A stretch of 32,000 nucleotides of DNA. It comes from Promethearchaeum syntrophicum. Lineage in GTDB: Archaea; Asgardarchaeota; Lokiarchaeia; Sigyniarchaeales; Promethearchaeaceae. The stretch lies in assembly GCF_008000775.2 (NCBI RefSeq), contig NZ_CP042905.2, positions 720,001 through 752,000 of the forward strand, read 5' to 3'. The position numbers and the translations under genes are program-made. The notes under the pieces are model-generated. The model did not search any database, was not told where the DNA came from, and saw nothing but the letters and a program-made list of their open reading frames with translations. Below are positions 25,985 to 32,000 of the stretch, one piece after another; within the stretch, counting starts at the first letter, position 1, and the number at the start of each line of letters is the position of its first letter.

Positions 25985-27850
25985 TCATGAAGAATTGTTT
26001 TCATTAAGTGTGTTTGAATCACCTTTATAGGTTATAGATCCATTTTCTTCCTGAATAATAGTCCATTCGGTGACATCATTAAGTGGAATATGGTGCCTCT
26101 TTTTAGGTGGAGGATTTTCTATTTCAAGCTTTTTTCTTTCAATAGCTCCCCTTTCAAGAGCTTCTTTGTTCTCTTTATCGATTCTGGCTATATTACAATC
26201 CCAACAAATTGAAGATTTCTCCTTATGATAATGAGATTTACAAAAAGAACATAATTTCTTATAATTGCTGAAATATCCAAAGCATCTCTTGCATAGAAAC
26301 AACGGATATGTTAAAATAGCGGACATTTTAAAATCTCTTCTTAGATAGAACTGTGGTTCTTTGATGATATTATGATGTGATCCACACCATTTGCACTCGG
26401 ATTGATTTGGATTTAATGGAAGACAATTCGAATTGAATAAATCACAATGGATGAATTTTGGTTTTGGAAATGGGCTTTGAAAATTTACCTTATCAATAAT
26501 CTGAAATAATCTATCATCTGGAATAATTATTATAGAGGAAGAAGTTTTTTTTTGGGTTATTGGTGAGAAGTAGTATTTCTTAAAATAAAATCCTCCATCT
26601 TCTTTCAATTCGAAAATGGGATGGTTTATTTTAAATTTTCCTTGCTTTAAGTGAAACTGGGAGATATTACAATTTAAATTTTTATTAAAATGGGTGCAAT
26701 CTCGACATGACAGTAATTGAAAATCGGTTCTTGTCTGTGTTCTAATCATTGATTTAATCATTTTTAATTGATTATCAACCAAACTTTCTATTAAGATATA
26801 ATTATTCAACTCTATTTTGTGTCTATGTTTATACACCCAAATATGGGCGTAAAGTTTAGGGTGATTGTAATGAAAAAAATGACCAAAATCACGATAGTGT
26901 ATAAGTTTAAGATAGTGAATACTCTCCCAAATCACTATTGGAGTTATATTTGCATGCATATATTCTTCAAGATCTGGTTTTTCAAAGTAGGTGTAAATAA
27001 TAATAAAAGCATATTTTTTGTTATTTTTGGACTTCCACAATAAATCGGGTATTGATTGGGTAAAGATAAGGGGGTATTCTTCAATATCAACCACAGAGAA
27101 CTTTTCTGATTGCTGAGTAGATAATAGAAGATTATTAAGAAATTGAAAAATGGGTGTTTTTTTTAATGGGAATAAGATCTGTTCTTGGGCTGTTTTTTTG
27201 GGATTGATAATATGTTCGTATAACTGCTCCTTAGAAGTCAATTCTAGATCTCTGCGACCTCTGGGGATCGAAATACTTTCCATAAGCTTTGGTTTAGGAT
27301 TCAATTTCAGATAATACACCTGATGAATGCATGGGGGGATCCACACAGCAAATTCATCTAATTTAGTTGAATTTTTGATAAAACTTTTACTAAATTCTCC
27401 GCTTCGATCTTCATAGTGAAATATCCATAACGGAATTAGATGATAATTTTTATAACACTGATTTCTTCTCTGAATCTCTTTATTAGGTATTCTAGAATGT
27501 TGTACTTCAATTGCATATTTTATCCCTGAATATTCCCAAAGTAAATCTGGTCGTACACCTTCAAATCCATATACCTCTATATTTTTTTCTGGAATTTGAA
27601 GTAATTCTTGTATATACTTCTTCATAGCCAGATGTTCTTGAGTTTCCCTTTCATATTTTTCCATACATTCAGGATTTTGGACTTTGTGTGCGAAATGAGG
27701 GATCTTTTTTTCACCTTTTCGTAATATCATTTCGCGATGTTTACAATCCGGATTTCGACATAAATATTTTTGAGTGAGTCCTAATTTGCTTGCATGGGGT
27801 AGGCTTTTAGAGGCTTCCACGATTTTCCCATTTAGTTCAGCAGTAAGCAA
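25985..27850 (-). CDS. CoiA-like nuclease-domain protein with multiple Cys clusters
   Basis: N-terminal CRNPDCKHREMILRKGEKKIPHFAHK and VRPDLLWEYSGIKYAIEVQHSRI (PD-(D/E)xK/CoiA-like core); later CRDCTHFNKNLNC, CKWCGSHH, CKRCFGYFSNYKKLCSFC, CWDC. Confidence 0.82.
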   Translation of the reverse strand: MLTAELNGKIVEASKSLPHASKLGLTQKYLCRNPDCKHREMILRKGEKKIPHFAHKVQNPECMEKYERETQEHLAMKKYIQELLQIPEKNIEVYGFEGVRPDLLWEYSGIKYAIEVQHSRIPNKEIQRRNQCYKNYHLIPLWIFHYEDRSGEFSKSFIKNSTKLDEFAVWIPPCIHQVYYLKLNPKPKLMESISIPRGRRDLELTSKEQLYEHIINPKKTAQEQILFPLKKTPIFQFLNNLLLSTQQSEKFSVVDIEEYPLIFTQSIPDLLWKSKNNKKYAFIIIYTYFEKPDLEEYMHANITPIVIWESIHYLKLIHYRDFGHFFHYNHPKLYAHIWVYKHRHKIELNNYILIESLVDNQLKMIKSMIRTQTRTDFQLLSCRDCTHFNKNLNCNISQFHLKQGKFKINHPIFELKEDGGFYFKKYYFSPITQKKTSSSIIIIPDDRLFQIIDKVNFQSPFPKPKFIHCDLFNSNCLPLNPNQSECKWCGSHHNIIKEPQFYLRRDFKMSAILTYPLFLCKRCFGYFSNYKKLCSFCKSHYHKEKSSICWDCNIARIDKENKEALERGAIERKKLEIENPPPKKRHHIPLNDVTEWTIIQEENGSITYKGDSNTLNENNSS

Positions 27851-27966
27851 TTTTTTTCCTTCCTTTATCTAATTCATTTTCTTCTTTTTCTTCGCCATAA
27901 ATCAATCATCTTCAATTAATTTAAAATTACTGTCAATTCTAATCCAAAATTATACCTTGTTAAAAC

Positions 27967-28233
27967 TTATATTTTCATCCTCCGCTGAATTCGATACAGA
28001 TCCGTTTCCAGCTTCTCCAGAATTTTTTGCTGTTCGATCAATGCAAACAAAAAAAGGGATTCCGAAATAAACATTCGAGCAGATAGTGATCCAGCATCGC
28101 TGTGCATTCGTGCATAAAGCATAATATTATCAAAATATTGCCGATATGCTGGTTTTAATCCTTCTCGATACAGTTTCCAACTCCCAATCTCTTTTTCCAG
28201 CGCGTATCGGTAGGAGGGTATTGTTCTTCCTAT
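27967..28233 (-). pseudogene. Unlisted open frame (88 codons) with ATA at the expected start; possible start-codon-loss pseudogene or non-canonical start
   Basis: Complement reads (ATA)GRTIPSYRYALEKEIGSWKLYREGLKPAYRQYFDNIMLYARMHSDAGSLSARMFISESLFLFALIEQQKILEKLETDLYRIQRRMKI*. Open from the stop at 28246-28248; no ATG before 28122. Confidence 0.55.
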
Positions 28234-28448
28234 AGTTTCTTTCTTTCAAGATTTGTTTTTGAATCATGAATGGTAGTGAATTTATTTGAAGCTTCAAATA
28301 GTGACTTCTCCCACAAAAAAATATACTTTGTCTTTACACGAAAATTTGAATATGTAAACTATAAAAGTGTGGAAATTCATAATGATTATTGACTTACTTT
28401 ATCAAAACGTGAAAAAAATATGACAAAAAAAAATGGAGGCATGAATCA

Positions 28449-29534
28449 GTGAAACTCATAAAAAAAATATTATTATTTTTATCGATAGTAGGTTCAGTTA
28501 TATTGATTGCTGGAGCAAGTGGTCTTCTTAACCGTAATTTCAACATTATCGGGCAGCTCAGTGATGATTTATTTGGGAATGATGTCTACATTTCGGAGTC
28601 ATATGCTTACGTGGCAGACTATGGTAATGGATTGGCAATAATTGATATTTCCGTTCCCACAACTCCCTTAAAAGTAGCACAAATAGATGATGATATTGGA
28701 TACGCATATGGAATTTATGTCTTGGGTTCCTATGCTTATGTAGCAGATGGTGATGATGGCTTAGAGATTATTGACATTTCAGACCCATTCAATCCAATAG
28801 AAGTGGGACATTTCTATGATGGTAGTGGATTCGCATGGGATGTTTACGTGAGGGGTGATTATGCATATATAGCAGAGTGGATTGATGGATTGGAGATAAT
28901 TGACATTTCAGATCCAGTCAATCCAGTAGAAGTGGGGCAAATCGATGATTACAGTGAAGGTGCATTCGGAGTTTATGTTTCAGGATCGTATGCTTTTCTA
29001 GCAGAGAACGATTATGGTTTAGAGATAATTGACATTTCAGATCCAGTCAATCCAGTTGAAGTGGGGCATTTCTATGATGGTAGTGGATATGCATACGACG
29101 TTTTTGTTTCAGGTTCATATGCTTATGTAGCAGATGCGACTAATGGTTTAGAGATAATTGACATTTCAGATCCAGTCAATCCAGTTGAAGTGGGGCACTT
29201 CTATGATGGTAGTGGAACAGCACGAGGAGTTTTTGTTTCAGGTTCATATGCTTATTTGGCGGATGATGAAGATGGGTTGGAGATTATTGACGTTTCCATT
29301 CCAACTGCTCCCGTAGAAGTGAAACAATTCCAAGATGATAACTTTGCAAAGGATGTTTTTGTTTCAGGTTCATATGCTTACGTGGCGAATGGTCGCTATG
29401 GATTGGAAATCATCGAGCCTTGGAGTTTAAAAGAAAAAAATTCAAATATTATACTTTGGAGTGTTATTGGCTTTTTATCCATTCTGGTTCTGGTAAATAT
29501 TCGATATATTATCAAAGAAATCATTTCACACTGA
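28449..29534 (+). CDS. LVIVD-repeat beta-propeller protein with N-terminal signal/anchor and C-terminal TM
   Basis: Seven repeats (about 43 aa) of the type V[FY]VSGSYAYVAD..GLEIIDISDPVNPVEVG; N-term LIKKILLFLSIVGSVILIAGASG; C-term NIILWSVIGFLSILVLVNI. Confidence 0.93.
   Translation: MKLIKKILLFLSIVGSVILIAGASGLLNRNFNIIGQLSDDLFGNDVYISESYAYVADYGNGLAIIDISVPTTPLKVAQIDDDIGYAYGIYVLGSYAYVADGDDGLEIIDISDPFNPIEVGHFYDGSGFAWDVYVRGDYAYIAEWIDGLEIIDISDPVNPVEVGQIDDYSEGAFGVYVSGSYAFLAENDYGLEIIDISDPVNPVEVGHFYDGSGYAYDVFVSGSYAYVADATNGLEIIDISDPVNPVEVGHFYDGSGTARGVFVSGSYAYLADDEDGLEIIDVSIPTAPVEVKQFQDDNFAKDVFVSGSYAYVANGRYGLEIIEPWSLKEKNSNIILWSVIGFLSILVLVNIRYIIKEIISH
28554..29423 (+). repeat. Seven LVIVD blades, period about 43 aa (129 bp), last one truncated
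   Basis: Counted by hand: residues 36-77, 78-120, 121-163, 164-206, 207-249, 250-292, 293-325. Confidence 0.9.
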
Positions 29535-29684
29535 GCTGATACAAATATAACTCTTTCTAATCCTTTTTTCATAATTATGATTTTAAATATCTAGATTGTT
29601 ACTCTCTTGTAGATTCTAATGAATATTCAAAAATTTAGATCCGAAATGAAAACATGGTATTAATTCTAGAGGTCGGCAGCCATC

Positions 29685-30329
29685 ATGCAAGTAAACAATA
29701 AAATCTATTATCATATCCAACGAAAAGATCCGAATCAGCCGTATTGGAACATTGGTGAGGTGTTAACGGGTCCTGCTGGACCTAAGAATTATTTTATTGA
29801 GAGTGTGTTAAATCAAGAATATTCCCGATATGCCGGAGAAGGCTTATATTGGGATTCTGATATACTCAGTCATTATGCTGCGGTCCAAATGGGGTTTGAA
29901 ACTAAATTCTCAAAAATGGATAATTCATATTTTAATCCTGAAGGCATACTTCGAATGAGTTATACGATGATCAATCATTATCTTCGAGTTTTACGAGAAT
30001 TAATCTTTGAAACCGTTCGAGAGAAAAGTTTTCCTCATCTCATCTCAAGATGGGGATGTATTTGGCTAATTCCGTCGAAAAAAGGTATCGGATTCTGGAT
30101 TAAAAAACTTGGAATTGCAGATTTAAGTCAATGTAGGATATATAAAGTAAAATGCACGGGAGAAATACATCGAGGACATGAGAAGCATTTACAGGTAGAA
30201 TCCATGTCAGTTCCGAATTTTGAAGAAAATGCGATAAAATATTGGACTGGCGGGGGAAAAGACTCATCATATAATGATGAGGTAATTTTCTGGGGAAACG
30301 TAGAATTCATTGAAATTATCGATTATTAG
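29685..30329 (+). CDS. Uncharacterised protein, possibly DUF2441-like
   Basis: YYHIQRKDPNQPYWNIGEVLTG..., LRELIFETVREKSFPHLISRWGCIWL, YWTGGGKDSSYNDEVIFWGNVEFIEI; arrangement resembles DUF2441-type proteins from memory. Confidence 0.6.
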   Translation: MQVNNKIYYHIQRKDPNQPYWNIGEVLTGPAGPKNYFIESVLNQEYSRYAGEGLYWDSDILSHYAAVQMGFETKFSKMDNSYFNPEGILRMSYTMINHYLRVLRELIFETVREKSFPHLISRWGCIWLIPSKKGIGFWIKKLGIADLSQCRIYKVKCTGEIHRGHEKHLQVESMSVPNFEENAIKYWTGGGKDSSYNDEVIFWGNVEFIEIIDY

Positions 30330-30516
30330 AATTCATTCATCAGTTGGAATATTCTTATAGGAAACATTTGTTTTGTTAATTTCCACAAAATGCTAAATAA
30401 AAATGGAAAAAAGAATTGCTTAGATTGATTTTTTTTAGAAATTAGATTGTTGAATTATTATTAAATAAATAAGGAATTATCTTAAATTTATATATGGAGA
30501 ATGTCTAGAAATTCTT

Positions 30517-31209
30517 GTGGTATTTGATCAAACGAAAGATTTCTTTCAAAGATATTATCTTCAATATTGGATAACCAAAGCAGAAAGCTTATATTATCAA
30601 TTGAACAATATAAAAAAATTTTCAACTTTCTTCGATGAAAATGAATATTTCAAAGAAGCTGAATCACCCGAAAAACCATTACAAAATATGATTACTTTCG
30701 ATTTACATTTCCTAAAATTTCAAATAATAGAGGCACTCTTTAGCTTGATTTTTGCTTTAGAAACCTCAAATGAAGAAGAAATATGGTTTAATTTATCTAT
30801 TCCTAATGAGATTTCAAAAAGAAATTTCAAACTGTATGATCGAATTGCTTCTTTTAAATCTAAAGGAGAATTATTCACATATTTAAGAAAAGAAAATTGT
30901 ATTCAGGATCAACAAATAGAATTTTGGAAGGTGTTATTCTTTCAAAATGAAAATGAAATTCAAGAAGAAAAAAAGGTATTCGAGAATATTTTACGAATTT
31001 TATGGTCTTTTAGGAACCAATTTAAAGACAGAGGTGATTACAACGCATTCAAACATGGTTTAAGGTGTATGGGATCTTCTATATACTTATCTTGGGCAAA
31101 GGAAGAACAATATGGAATTCCACCTCCAAACTTTAAAGAAAAGTTACAACCTTTGGGATATGCTGAAAACGTGATAACATTTTTTAAAAGGAACTCACAG
31201 ATTATATAA
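30517..31209 (+). CDS. Uncharacterised protein, N-terminal part of an apparently frame-disrupted gene
   Basis: 230-aa ORF; next reading frame continues open to window end from about 31178. Confidence 0.65.
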   Translation: MVFDQTKDFFQRYYLQYWITKAESLYYQLNNIKKFSTFFDENEYFKEAESPEKPLQNMITFDLHFLKFQIIEALFSLIFALETSNEEEIWFNLSIPNEISKRNFKLYDRIASFKSKGELFTYLRKENCIQDQQIEFWKVLFFQNENEIQEEKKVFENILRILWSFRNQFKDRGDYNAFKHGLRCMGSSIYLSWAKEEQYGIPPPNFKEKLQPLGYAENVITFFKRNSQII

Positions 31210-32000
31210 TGATCTGGGTATTAAAATACCTCAGACAAAAGATGTGCTTGGAAACACGGTATATTTAATGAAAGATGACGAAATCGAATTAAAAATGACT
31301 GCACATGTTGGAATTCTGCGGTTATTAATACCCCAGAAATTTAGTACATTACCTTGGTCTCAAGAATTATATGCTGGAGAAATGGGTTTTAGTACACAAT
31401 GGATGATGAAATTCGGATTCGCTCTTCCTAAGCAATCTCCCACAATACATGAACAAGTGATTTCGAGTAAAATTAATCATGAAATAAAGGTTAGATGGGC
31501 AGAAGATACGATGGTTGGTACTATCCAGACCGTAACAATGGCTCAGAGAATGTTCAAAGGATTTGCCGGAAGTGAGACATTTATAGATATTCTAGAAAAT
31601 TTCTTTAAGAAATCTCAGATCGGTAAGATGGAACAATTCCTTACTCGTCATTCCAGATTCGATAAGGTTTTGAAAACATTAGAAGTATTAAAAAAAGCAA
31701 GTGATTTATTTGAGGGTGATTTTATCGAAGATATAGTGAAAGAGATGTTCTATATTTCTCATTTGCGTAAATATAAATTTCAAAACAAAAATGCTGAAAT
31801 TTGGTTTAAAGATAACTGGAGACTTTTAGTAACCGATGAAAGCATCCGAAATAGTTTTATTTCTTTGGTTTATAATTCATTAGAAATATGGGAGAAAGAA
31901 AACCATAACACAATATATGGATTTTTCAGACAAGGGGGCGGTAGGAGGAGTCTCACCAAGAATTCGTTTATATATACATTTTCTACCAATATGAGGAAAA
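31178..32000 (+). CDS. Continuation of the 30517 gene in the next frame (partial, off window end)
   Basis: Frame open from 31178: HFLKGTHRLYNDLGIKIPQTKDVLGNTVYLMKDDEIELKMTAHVGILRLLIPQKFSTLPW...FFRQGGGRRSLTKNSFIYTFSTNMRK; first ATG only at 31268. Not in ORF track because it lacks a stop in the window. Confidence 0.65.

Noticed and set aside
24837-27043. Plus ORFs 24837..25025 and 26819..27043
   Set aside because: Antisense to long coding frames on the minus strand.
30128-30310. Minus ORF 30128..30310
   Set aside because: Antisense to the 29685..30329 gene.
1-32000. tRNA/rRNA genes or insertion sequences
   Set aside because: No cloverleaf-like segments, rRNA-like sequence or transposase motifs were recognised by eye; tRNAscan-SE, Infernal and ISfinder runs would be needed for certainty.

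Overview
AT-rich, gene-dense archaeal window, most likely an Asgard/Lokiarchaeota-like genome. That assignment is an inference from the Rab/Ras-like GTPase, mevalonate genes, DUF354 glycosyltransferase, LVIVD-repeat proteins and low GC. Contents left to right: (1) minus-strand mevalonate operon of bacterial-type HMG-CoA synthase, a (di)phosphomevalonate decarboxylase family protein and the N-terminus of a class II HMG-CoA reductase (missing from the ORF track), divergent from a DegT/DnrJ aminotransferase; (2) small unknown genes, a MaoC-like hydratase, a hexapeptide acyltransferase and a DUF354-type glycosyltransferase; (3) the most interesting locus (about 8.9-17.2 kb): PPTase and alpha/beta hydrolase (+) converging on a tightly packed minus-strand run of MraY/WecA-like transferase, ACP, AMP-ligase, Fe-alcohol dehydrogenase, LuxE-like and LuxC-like genes. 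This looks like an ACP-dependent acyl activation/reduction pathway with no luxAB, in an apparent archaeon; (4) a second hydrolase, a HhH-GPD/EndoIII-like glycosylase and an FAH-family protein; (5) a Ras-like GTPase with a 9 x 10-aa Pro-rich tandem repeat tail, followed by a PIN-domain protein; (6) a large TSP3 Asp-rich repeat surface protein whose 5' end retains a single LVIVD blade with no usable ATG start; (7) a CoiA-like nuclease with several Cys clusters beside an uncharacterised protein with an R-X4-H motif; (8) an unannotated small ORF that may have lost its ATG (ATA instead); (9) a 7-blade LVIVD membrane protein, a possible DUF2441-like protein, and a gene apparently broken by a +1 frame change near 31.18 kb that runs off the window. 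No tRNA, rRNA or CRISPR array was recognised by eye.
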